Below are positions 53,701-64,000 of a DNA stretch of 64,000 bases, one piece after another. A program made the position numbers and the translations under genes. The stretch's first letter is position 1; each line of letters begins with the position of its first letter. The DNA comes from Octopus vulgaris (lineage: Eukaryota): assembly GCA_951406725.2 (NCBI GenBank), contig OX597819.1, positions 127,782,001 to 127,846,000 of the forward strand, written 5' to 3'. Below the pieces are notes generated by a model. That model had not been told where the DNA came from and ran no database searches. It saw nothing but the letters and a program-made list of their open reading frames with translations.

Positions 53701-54156
53701 AAAAAAAATTGTTTATACTTCTTGCACTGATGAGCACTGTGATATATAATTAAATTAATTAAATTAATTTAATTATTTTTGTTTGCCCATGAATTTGCAG
53801 ATTTTTTCTATCGCTGCACGAAACGATCTTCTTCATGAATTAAAATTGTCTTACATTTTAACATCTCTTCTCCATTTTTAGCAAAATTTTTGAGTTTTAT
53901 GACATTCCTTTCCATACATTCGTACTGGCAAACTTACGCAAGTAATCTACCAGCAAAATTTGAAGAAATTATATTAGAAATCTGTTTTGGAATCCTCCAA
54001 ATTAAAGGACGAAATTTAATTCACACACACAAGCACACATATACACATACAAATGTATGTATATAAAAAATTAAACAATGAGTGTAGAAATTGATATTAA
54101 TCAATTAAAACCAGTGGATTAGTATATTTAAAAAATCCGAAGATTAAAAATTATAT

Positions 54157-54276
54157 TACATACAAAATTAAGAGGAATGTCCACCAAGGTGGACTCCTAA
54201 TATGCTAAATATAAACGTCTTTATTTAGCATATTAGGAGACCACCTTGGTGGTCATACCTCTTAATTTTGTATGTA
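54157..54276. repeat. 55 bp-arm inverted repeat (hairpin)
   Basis: Arms 54157-54211 and 54222-54276 with three mismatches. Confidence 0.92.
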
Positions 54277-54372
54277 TGTATGTATGTATGCATTATATAT
54301 ATATATATGATAGATCGCTAGCCACAATCTATTTTCTCTCTTTATTTTCTCTCCTTGCTTCTTTCTGTGTTC

Positions 54373-54408
54373 CTTTCTGAGGAAGAGCGTAGGCTCGAAA
54401 CGTTAAAG
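54373..54408 (+). ncRNA. Minimal (Penelope-type) type I hammerhead ribozyme
   Basis: CTTT-CTGAGGA-A-GAGC-GTAG-GCTC-GAAAC-GTT-AAAG. Confidence 0.75.
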
Positions 54409-54799
54409 ATTTTTCACTTCCCAAATGTTAAACTAATACCTCTGTTTGTTATCTACACCACCTGCCTTCGTCTTTTGTGGTTTAGTGAATTCTGCTTATA
54501 TATATATATATATATTCTCCATATATATAGGTTGAAAATATGTAGAAAAATATGAAAAGTGGAAGAGAAATGCCTTCGTTTTATATAGTTTATCATCTTT
54601 TTATAAATATATATTATATGGATGTCGTGAAATCCAACCAGTTTTCGCTATTTAAATTAGCTTTTCAAGGGACATTGTACAGTAATCAGTTCTCGTGACA
54701 GAGGCGTCTCGTCATTTGGGATGTTTGAAGAATAAGAAGAATGAGTGGCAACAGGTGGCAAGGTGGACAACTTGCTCCTTTGTATAATTTTTAAAATGG

Positions 54800-55170
54800 T
54801 CAAATTTGTATATTGAGGTGTGGTCTGTACTTTTGTATGAACAGGTTTTCCTTGTTTAGGCGTTCTTGTACTGAGGTTGAATCTTTGCATTGGTATAATG
54901 GGAAGATATGAAAATACAGCGTTTTATTACTTGCGCATCTGTCGATATATCTGCTCAGTGCTATCTGCCTGTATTGAGAGAAACGAATATGTTCCTTTAT
55001 GCAACGTGATTCTGCGTCTCAAAGTAAGGTTCGTTTGGCCTACATAATTGTGACGACAACCTGAGCAGATTAGGACATAGATAAGGTTCTGGGAAGCTCA
55101 TACGTACTTCCCATAACCTTAATTTTGCCACATGGTTTATACGGAATCTTCAGTATCTTTGCACCTTTTA
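54800..55170 (-). mobile_element. Penelope-like element GIY-YIG endonuclease remnant
   Basis: SQNLIYVLICSGCRHNYVGQTNLTLRRRITLHK/EHIR..IFPLYQC..ERLNKENLFIQKYRPHLN. Confidence 0.88.
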
Positions 55171-55184
55171 TATTTTTATATTCC

Positions 55185-55221
<37 letters not shown>

Positions 55222-55619
55222 GTGTGTGTCTCAGTGTGTCACGTATACAGATATGCGTCTCAGTGTATCAAAAGAAACTAACATTTATCATGTGATCGGC
55301 AAATATACTGTTGCTGTTTTTTTTTGGGGGGGGGGGATTTTCCAATTGTCGAAGATATATTTTCTTGCTTCGGTCCCTGTATCATTGGGTTACTATGATG
55401 ACCAGCCTTTGAAAGACAAACTCGATTAGAAATTGAATATTTGAAAGAATTATTGATATCGGTGCTGTAACCGTTTCGTCCATTTGACACAGGATTTCGT
55501 CGCGGTAATATATTTCTACCTGTATACTTTGCACGCAAAGGTACATCGAGATGAGTTTAAAAGTGATGTCAACAGATTATACGTTACAGTGTTTTAGTGG
55601 GGTTTCGCTTTCTCAAAGC

Positions 55620-55800
55620 TGCGAAAGTGTATGGGGGAAATTTTCTATAGCTACCTATTGGAAAGTTCTGAAGTCCCCTTCAAAGAGGGTCCAAACTTCA
55701 AAATTATATACAATACCATCTGCAATTTGGACAATTTAATCTACATGATAAAATGTAATGGTTACCGAAAATACTACCTTGTACAAACAGATATGACACC
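55620..55800 (+). mobile_element. Second Penelope-like GIY-YIG remnant, opposite orientation
   Basis: FKIIYNTICNLDNLIYMIKCNGYRKYYLVQT. Confidence 0.75.
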
Positions 55801-56183
55801 CAGAAAAAAGGATAACGATACCCCGCCAAGAAATCACCAAAAATTATTCCTGAGTTAACGTAAAGATAATGGTGGAGGGCAGATCTTATGAAACGTTTCT
55901 GTCTTTCCTTTGTAGCATTAAAGCGACTCAGTGACAGGAGAGCAACAGAAAAATAATGCAATTTATTTTATTATCACAAATCAAAACTCAATGCATTGTG
56001 CTTCAGTTAACTCACACCACTGACTATATACGCACATTGTTCCATCAGTCGTCGATATCAATACAAATTTTCACTAAATGATTACAAAGGTATAATGAAT
56101 ATCAATAACTGTTCCGATTGGAAACAAACAGAAATATAGCTGTAAATCTGTTTATACTAATGTCCTTCTTGTGTATTACTTTA

Positions 56184-56252
<69 letters not shown>

Positions 56253-56254
56253 TT

Positions 56255-56315
<61 letters not shown>

Positions 56316-56369
56316 TATATGCTGGCATTACTCTTCTGTATTTATAATTAAAGTATGTATGTCTATATT

Positions 56370-56401
<32 letters not shown>

Positions 56402-56417
56402 TGTATGTATGTATATA

Positions 56418-56500
<83 letters not shown>

Positions 56501-56659
56501 TATATATGTGTGTATATATATATATGTGTGTTATATATATATATATATATAATTATGCACACACATACACGCTGCAATGGGTAAACTGCTGCCATTTTCT
56601 ATTTTTTTTCATTTCGCGCATGCGCTTTGATTGTTTTGATTTTATCGACTACAGAGTAT

Positions 56660-57765
56660 AGTAGGGTCATGACGCAATTAACTCAGCCAGAAATTGGGAA
56701 ACGACGTATTGTACTGCTTGACATTCACACCGGAAGCTCCAATACGAATGTTTCAGGGTCTTTGGACATCGGCTGAGGACAGTTCAGAGGATTCGGAAAG
56801 AGTTGGATGAGTCTAATGGAGATTACGAAGGTAGGCAGCTCGGAAAACTCACTCTGTTCTCGTAGGAAAAGAAATCTCAGGAGTTTGTTTGTGAGATCCA
56901 GGTCATGATTCACAACGATCCCTCTAAGTCAGTCAGGTCCATTGCCAGGGACATGGAAGTATCTGAGTTTCTTCTCAGGCAGGTAATGCATGAAGATATT
57001 CGGTATTCCTCATACAAGATGAGAAATGGCCAATTTTTATCCCAAGCCATCAAGGACAATAGGAAAGACCACACTACTAAGTTTTGGAGCAGACAAAAAA
57101 CATCCCCTCCAACCAAACATGGTTTTTCTTAGACGAGAAAAATTTCTGCCAGGATGAGATGGTGAACACACAGAACAGTCGATGGTTTGCCGTGTCCCCA
57201 AAACCTGTACCGAGAATGGTAAAAATCAAACATCCAGTCAACATTGTGATGTTTGGAGTGATCACTTGTGATGTCGACGTTATTCCTCCATTCATCTTCC
57301 CACACGACATCACACTCAACACGGAGGCCTACACCAAGTTCCTGGATGAGTTAGTGCTACCCAGGGGTCAAGAGGATGGCTGCTGAAAGACCCTATGTCG
57401 GGTAATAGGATTTTGCACCATGTCACACAAGCAGGAGAAATCAGTCGTGGCTGTTAGACAATTTCTGCGACTCCATCGCCCCTAACATCTGGTCACCTAG
57501 ACTGCACCAAACTCCTTGTAACATCAAAGTTGAAGTGAAGGTAAGGATTATGGCAGCATTCACCAAACAGAAAAGTTGCAGGAGATTCCGAAGTCGTTTG
57601 GATACCGTGATCGAAGCCAATGGCGATTTTATTGAATAAGTTTACTCTTTAGTATTTCAAGATATTTTTATGTAATATTCGTAAATATATCTGCTAAAAT
57701 GAGATGTTACTGTTATTTTCATTTTTGCATAATTTTGACGATAATTTATTCACCACAGCCTGTAT
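56660..57765 (+). mobile_element. Decayed Tc1/mariner transposon of the maT (DD37D)-like type
   Basis: DPSKSVRSIARDM HTH, WFFLDEKNF, VNTQNSRW, KHPVNIVMFGVIT, DFAPCHTS; ends ..cctgta|ta. Confidence 0.85.
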
Positions 57766-57789
57766 ATATTTAACTTATATAGGGCGGGT

Positions 57790-58250
57790 AAAATTTCCGA
57801 GATCGTGGACGAGTTCTCTCCAGCAGTCCCTCATCATCGCTGCCATGCTTTGCATCTCTTAGAAATCAGTGTGTGCCCTTAGGCATCGACATATGTCATC
57901 CTTGGTCTCCCTCTTCTAGTGTGTCCATATAGGGTCTCCAACAGAAGCACTGAGTGCAGTATCAACTCTGAATGACGGTGAGAATGTTCAGCTAGCCTCA
58001 ATCTCCTCTGTGTTATTTTCGAGCTAACTTTTGGGAGGCTCTCGTACAGCTCTGAGTTCTTCATCCTCAATATTTACTGATTAATGTTCAGAGCATTCTT
58101 CAGCATTCTTATGTAGCACTCATCTACTATCTGATTGAGTTTCTTGGTCTGTGTCCAAGTCTCAGACCCGTACAACAGCACAGGCTCCACTGCAGTAAGG
58201 AAGAGACGGATCTTCAGATCGTTACGAAGGTCCGATTTCCATACAGAATT
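57790..58250 (-). mobile_element. RTE-group LINE, 3' segment
   Basis: VWKSDL..KIRLFLTAVEPVLLYGSETW; RRLRLAEH; RGRPRMTYVD. Confidence 0.9.
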
Positions 58251-59185
58251 AGTGAAGAGGTTTGATTTCGATGATATTGTCCTGGGGTTCTGTAACCAGG
58301 TTCTGGAAAAAGGAGTTGCCCCGAATTATTAGAGGATCAGTAACATCATCCCACTGCCAAAAAAAGGAAGATTTCTCTAACACTAACAACAACAGAGAGA
58401 TCCCACTGATGTCACTCGTGGCAAAGACCCTCAACAGGAGGATTCTTAACAGGATCCAGGATCCATCCAAAGGTGTAGAAGAAGCTCAGGGACAACTAGA
58501 ATGGCTTCAGAGAGGGAAGACCAACCACTGGTCACATCCTAATCCTGAGGAAGTTATTAGTGGGAGCCAGAGCAAAGAGTTTTCCTACTATCATGGTTTT
58601 CATTGACATTAGGAAGGCTTTTGAATCTGTGGATCTGATGAAGTTTTTAAAGGCTTATTGAATCCCCAAGAAGATAGTGAACCTGATATTACTGCTCTAC
58701 ACCAAATCCAGAGTTTAAGTTATTACCCCTGACAGGATGACGGAAGTTCTTTGAGATACTGTCTGGAGTGTTCCAGAAAGATACATTTGCTCCCTACCTT
58801 TTCATTATCATAGTCGATTTTGTATGCGCCTTGCGTTGGAGAAACACCAGGATTCTGGCTTTATTGTAGCAGCAGCTTAGAGCAGGAGGATCAAGGCTAA
58901 AAAGATATCAGATGCTGAATTTGCTAATGACATTGTTCTGGGGACAAACACCAGGGTGGTAGGGGAGTTGATGCAGGGGGTGGAGATTGTGTCGATGAAT
59001 GTATGGTTGAAAATGAATGAGATTAAGACGAAGTATCTTATAGAGAACGTTAAGAAGCCACAGAAGGTTATGAATGTAGGTGGGAAGCCACAAGAGTTTT
59101 TTGAGGACTTCCTGTATCTGGGAGCAAAGATTGGGAGCACAGAGGGTGATGTAGTTGAGAGGAAAAACAAAGCCGGGCGGCATGC
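58251..59185 (+). mobile_element. RTE-group LINE, inverted upstream RT segment
   Basis: IIPLPKK, NGFREGR, FIDIRKAF, GVFQKDTFAPYLFII, EFANDI, FLYLG motifs. Confidence 0.9.
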
Positions 59186-59214
59186 CTATTTGAATAAATA
59201 TATATATATATATA

Positions 59215-59380
59215 TGCTGGTGTGTTTATGACCCTGTAACTTAACGGTTCAGCAAAATAGATCGATAGAATAAGTACTAGGCTTACAAAGAATAAGTCCT
59301 GCGGTCGATTTGCTCGACTAAAGGCGGTGCACCAGCATGGCCACAGTCAAATGACTGAAAAAAGTAAAAGAGTAAAAGAG
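59215..59380 (+). mobile_element. SINE family B 3' half
   Basis: Near identity to 8200-8365. Confidence 0.9.
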
Positions 59381-59682
59381 TATATATATATATATATATA
59401 TATATATAGGCATGTGTGTGTATGGACATGTATGTATGTACATAAATATATATGTTTATATTTCAAATGAGTATGAGGTAGGTGTATTCTTTTGTGTGTG
59501 CGCGTATATGTGAGTTTGTGATAAACTGACTATTGACCATTTAACGATCTGATGATAGATGGAAAATAATCGGACTGCTCATTTACTTGATGAATGGATC
59601 CCTGGATATTCCGGCTGCTAAGGCGTTAATTGTTATGTATCTATGAATTTATGGATGCATTTATATGATCATCTACCTGTCC

Positions 59683-59757
<75 letters not shown>

Positions 59758-59775
59758 AATCTGTCTGTCTATTTA

Positions 59776-59857
<82 letters not shown>

Positions 59858-60345
59858 TTATGTATATGTTATATATATTTACTTATTTATATGTGTATAC
59901 ACAACTAAAACACTTATAAACATATCCTTATATTATTAATATATACAATAATATATATTAATTAAATAATTGATTTATTTCTACCTATATTCTGATGGAT
60001 TTTTGTTATCTATGAATAATTTGTGATACATCTTATACCTCCCTCCACATATATTGATCTCTGTGTCTAAGTGTGCAAACATGAATAAACGTGCCTGTGT
60101 GCGTGTGTGCGCGCGCATAATAAATGGAATGGCTCGTAATTATTCGGTCGTGGTGGCCTCATAGTTCTATATGTGTGACTAGGTGACTATATTGATAGCT
60201 AGATAAATACCTTGCTCGACAAAAAGATGGATTGTTTGAGAATAATATCAAAACTTAGTTGTTAGCATTAGGGCTGTTGCTTGCATCGGAGATAAATTAT
60301 GAATCCAGTTAACACGGATGCATGTATCTGTATATACATATATAT

Positions 60346-60392
<47 letters not shown>

Positions 60393-60503
60393 TATATGCA
60401 CAATTACTTACACACACACACACATATATATATCCTTTATTAGTCTTTTGACTGCGGTCATGCTGGAGCACTTCATATATATGTATGTGTATGTGTGTGT
60501 GTC

Positions 60504-60550
<47 letters not shown>

Positions 60551-60672
60551 GCATCGTGTCTTTGTCTATATTTCCCGTCTGTTAAAACGACTAATTTCCC
60601 TTTTGCTCTGCTTTCGTCTAACTTTCTCTCCTTGTTGTGTTGTGTCTGTTCAATCCTTTATATTGCACAGTA

Positions 60673-61103
60673 AGAGGTATGCAGTAATATATATATGGAA
60701 GATGCTGGAAGGAATTGTTCCAAATTTTGGCATTGAAAGCTACACCAACGCCAGAACGGGACGACACTGCATAGTGCCAAATATCCCAGCAATGCCATCA
60801 CGCTTCAGGGCCAGTTACTGCAACAGCCTGGGTTTCAAGGGCCCACAGCTTTTTAATATTCACCCAAAGATTCTGGAGAACTTGCACAAAGTTGATGTAG
60901 GGGTTTTTAAATCAAAGCTGGACCTCTTCCTGTCAAGAGTCCCAGATGAACCTACCTCACGGCAAGAGGTACAAATGAGGGTAGCTATATCAAACTCCAT
61001 TCTTCACCAAGTGCCACATATTAGAAGAGGCTCTCAGTAATAACAATGTAGCACAAATCGGCGGTGCATCAGCATGGCCGCAGCTCTGAGCTGAAACTTT
61101 AAA

Positions 61104-61105
<2 letters not shown>
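60673..61105 (+). mobile_element. 5'-truncated CR1-group LINE, same family as 5558-6555
   Basis: RYAVIYIWKMLEG..SYTNARTGRHC..GPQLFN..FKSKLDLFL..VPDEPT; same 3' UTR motif. Confidence 0.9.
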
Positions 61106-61154
<49 letters not shown>

Positions 61155-61436
61155 CAATTACATAGAGTACGGAGACTGTCACATCTTCATAGTTTTTATT
61201 TGAATGTTCATTTTCACTGTAAATTATGCAGCATAATTGCTTTGTACGATATAAATGTGTTTCTGCTGCATGGAGTATATGCAGTTGCGTTTGTGATCAA
61301 CTACTTTAAGCTGTGAACAGTCATTCACAGTTTGTCGACAAATGTGTTTCGAAGCGTACACACACAAACACAGACACACATACACACACACACTTTCAAA
61401 CATACACATACACACTGTGCACACACAATGATTATA

Positions 61437-61834
61437 TCTCTCTCTATATATAAAGCTGAAGTTGTCTGTGTCTGTGTGGCAGGTTTGGTAGCCTTCAACT
61501 AACACTATCTCCTCCGTACCCTGCGGCGCGAGTTGACCAAAATTGAGAGTATGATAGAAGAAGGCTTGCTCTTCCTTCCGTAGAAGAAAAAATTCAAATA
61601 GGATCATGTTAACACCAAAAATTATTTACATAAAAAAGGTGCTTTTTTTTCTATGAAAATCCCTATTTTTTATGATTTTTTGACTGCTGTGTCGCCATTT
61701 TTCGGTGTATTTCAACCAGGAAAATGCTCACTTAAAGAGAATAACAAGCTACATAATGCAAAAGATTTACTTTTCAAAAATTCCAATTCTAAAGGGTCGA
61801 AACAAACCCTAGCAACGCCGGGTGATACTGCTTG
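61437..61834 (+). mobile_element. Non-autonomous Helitron
   Basis: A|TCTCTCTCTATATATAAAG start; ccctagcaacgccgggtgatactgCTTG|T end. Confidence 0.8.
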
Positions 61835-62039
61835 TAGGGAATATAAAGAAAATCAGGAGGATAAATATATTTATTTCACCTGATGATATCCATGGGATAA
61901 ATATATTTATTTCACCTGATGATATCCATAGGATGACGATCGTCTCACAGTGAACATCAATGAAAAATAATTTATTTTAGTTTGTAATAACTTACTTTAT
62001 ATGTCTGCGTTAGTGTGTATGTAATATATTGTATTTTGA

Positions 62040-62255
62040 TATTGTACATTTTACAAACTAATGCAGGTATAAAAGGCTAGCTCATCAGATCAACACAATA
62101 TGGTCACATTCACTTTTGAACTCCATGCATTGATACTTTGAAGATGACATTTTGTATGCGTGTACTGGAGTTGAAAAAATGGATGTGACTATGATATTCT
62201 GTTGATCTGATGGGCTAGTCTTCTATACCAGCATTAATTTGTAAAATATACAATA
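62040..62255. repeat. Long imperfect inverted repeat (~88 bp arms, ~40 bp loop)
   Basis: 62040-62125 is the reverse complement of 62166-62255 with scattered mismatches. Confidence 0.88.
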
Positions 62256-62859
62256 GTATAGGTTTTTGAAGACATTTTCGTACGTTTGGCATTCATTTTG
62301 ATAATCGGGTCATTAAAAGTCGCGAAAATAATTTGCGCCATGAAGTTAGTCATTCAAATTCGTTTTTGACCATTCAATATCGCACTTCGGTCGAAGAATT
62401 TAGCATTTACATCATTCAAATTTAAATGCCCGTCGAGAGCATTCGAATTAGTCGGAATGCAAGGAAGCGTCTTTTCGACATTCAAATTTGTTCCGGAGAA
62501 ATCTGTTTAACACCTCGAACAATTAAATTAGCACGGTAGCTGTCTTGGATTTATCTCACACTCATTGTTATCATAATCACATGTTTTCATCCATTGTTTA
62601 TGCTTTAATAACTCTAGCGTGCCCATTTATTTTCTATATATTCTTTTATTTTTGCATAGGTACATGTGTTTATTGTTAGCGATTTCATGGAATTGCATTC
62701 CAGCATTTTCAATCTTTTTAAAGAAAATCACAATTACAACAATTTCTCGTTTTCTTTGATTTTTCCATTTTTTCTTTCATTAGGGAAAGAATGCTATGTA
62801 CATTAAGATATAATATATAGATTTACAACTTTGATAAGGAGAGTTCGTTTGAGAGGATT

Positions 62860-63700
62860 TAACCGACTATATCCTGGCGGTCGAGGCATCTCGGGAGGTA
62901 GCTCTGAGTGTGTCTATACCAAGGAGCACGATTTTCTGGAGTGATGGCGCCGACGTTACGCCTTGCAACCTGTTATATGACATGTGCTCGCCATTCTTCT
63001 ATGGTCATACCGGCTCCTGCAGCTACCCGGTTATCATCCCTTTGCTGCAACTCAGATCGAATGAGGTCCTTCTTCACAGCTTCCTTAAAAGGCAGAATGC
63101 ACCATTTGCGTACAAATAAGAAACGACTTAATAGGAAGGCAGGAGTTTCAGACTGATCCGTCGGTCTACATCAGCTGGGATCTCGGCACGAACGAGTGGA
63201 CGCGCCTTGTCCTAGATCAAGTAAACGGATTCATCCGCTAGGAACATATCGGCACGTGCCCCAATCTGTTTCCGCCAAGTACTTCTCGAAAGAGTTTCGT
63301 GTAACGATATCGTTCGCAATGGAGTGGTGAACCAGGCTGATTTCTCTCGACACCGTGGAAGTGACATTGCTGTTTTCCCAAGCTGACGGTTAACAACTCG
63401 GCGAACAGGAATGCCTCGAGGAGCTCGCCCAAAAGATCACCCGGTCCAAATGTTGTACCCACATTCATTAACAAATACGCAATGGCTAACGCCTCCCTCC
63501 TCCATGAACCAATGCACGTACTCATAACGCTTTTCTAGAGTTCTTGAGGCATTTCTTGCATCTGGGACGTATTCAGCCAACTTCATAGTTATCAAGGCGG
63601 ATTTCCGGACAATGCTGCCTCTAAGTCCCTCTGGGCAACATGTGGTGCCTCCCAGACTATAGGTAGGTCGCTACTATGGATCGGGCACTACTCCTTTTAA
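62860..63700 (-). mobile_element. Decayed IS630/Tc1-like (DDE_3) transposase
   Basis: Minus-strand frames: CVFVNECGYNIW..FGRAPRG, VYLI*DKARP, LKLLPSY, ..WYRHTQSYLPRCLDRQDI*; not in the ORF track because of stops and frameshifts. Confidence 0.82.
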
Positions 63701-64000
63701 AGCTAAGTGTGCCTGCTAGTTGCAGGTAATCGGTTTGATGCCCCTAGGAGGCGTCAACCATCCTTGCCCTATCTTCGTCCAATATACCCATGTACCTTAC
63801 GCGTGGCTCCATGATTACAAGTTGGTGTAAGGGAAAGAGATATAAAATGTAACAGATATCGACCGGTTACGAATGTTACAATGAAAAAGACTTTCGTGGA
63901 CAGAAGAATCACGTAATTTATATCTTCCTTGTAGCTATAGCAACATAATAGAGTTTCTATGACAAGACATGTCATTTTTAACATTCACTTCTTAGAATGT

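Noticed and set aside
62290-62490. CRISPR-like array
   Set aside because: Repeats are only ~10 bp, degenerate and irregularly spaced; eukaryotic context and no cas genes
62908-63525. ORF-track proteins at 62908-63156, 62910-63119 and 63238-63525
   Set aside because: Antisense or off-frame readings of the IS630/Tc1-like relic

Overview
AT-rich eukaryotic intergenic or intronic DNA, most likely from an octopus or other coleoid cephalopod. That assignment is an inference from the repeat families and the very dense (TA)n/(TATG)n/(AAT)n microsatellites. No host protein-coding gene can be supported, and nearly all listed ORFs are microsatellite artefacts or decayed transposon frames. The window is a transposable-element graveyard. 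It holds at least four tRNA-derived SINE families, CR1-group and RTE-group LINE fragments, Penelope-like (GIY-YIG) fragments, an internally deleted Rep/Pif1 Helitron with five non-autonomous partners, mariner, maT-like and IS630/Tc1 transposase relics, a piggyBac end and a GG-ended MITE carrying telomeric repeats. The main unannotated signal is a set of small self-cleaving hammerhead-ribozyme (HHR) motifs from at least four different short repeat families embedded in microsatellites. They include a tRNA-headed (Pol III) element with an HHR tail and a two-copy family with a variant CCGACGA core. Also notable are a LINE/SINE pair sharing a covarying 3' stem-loop and two independent twin-priming-type 5' inversions in RTE-group LINEs. 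All structures were folded by eye; no searches or folding programs were run.
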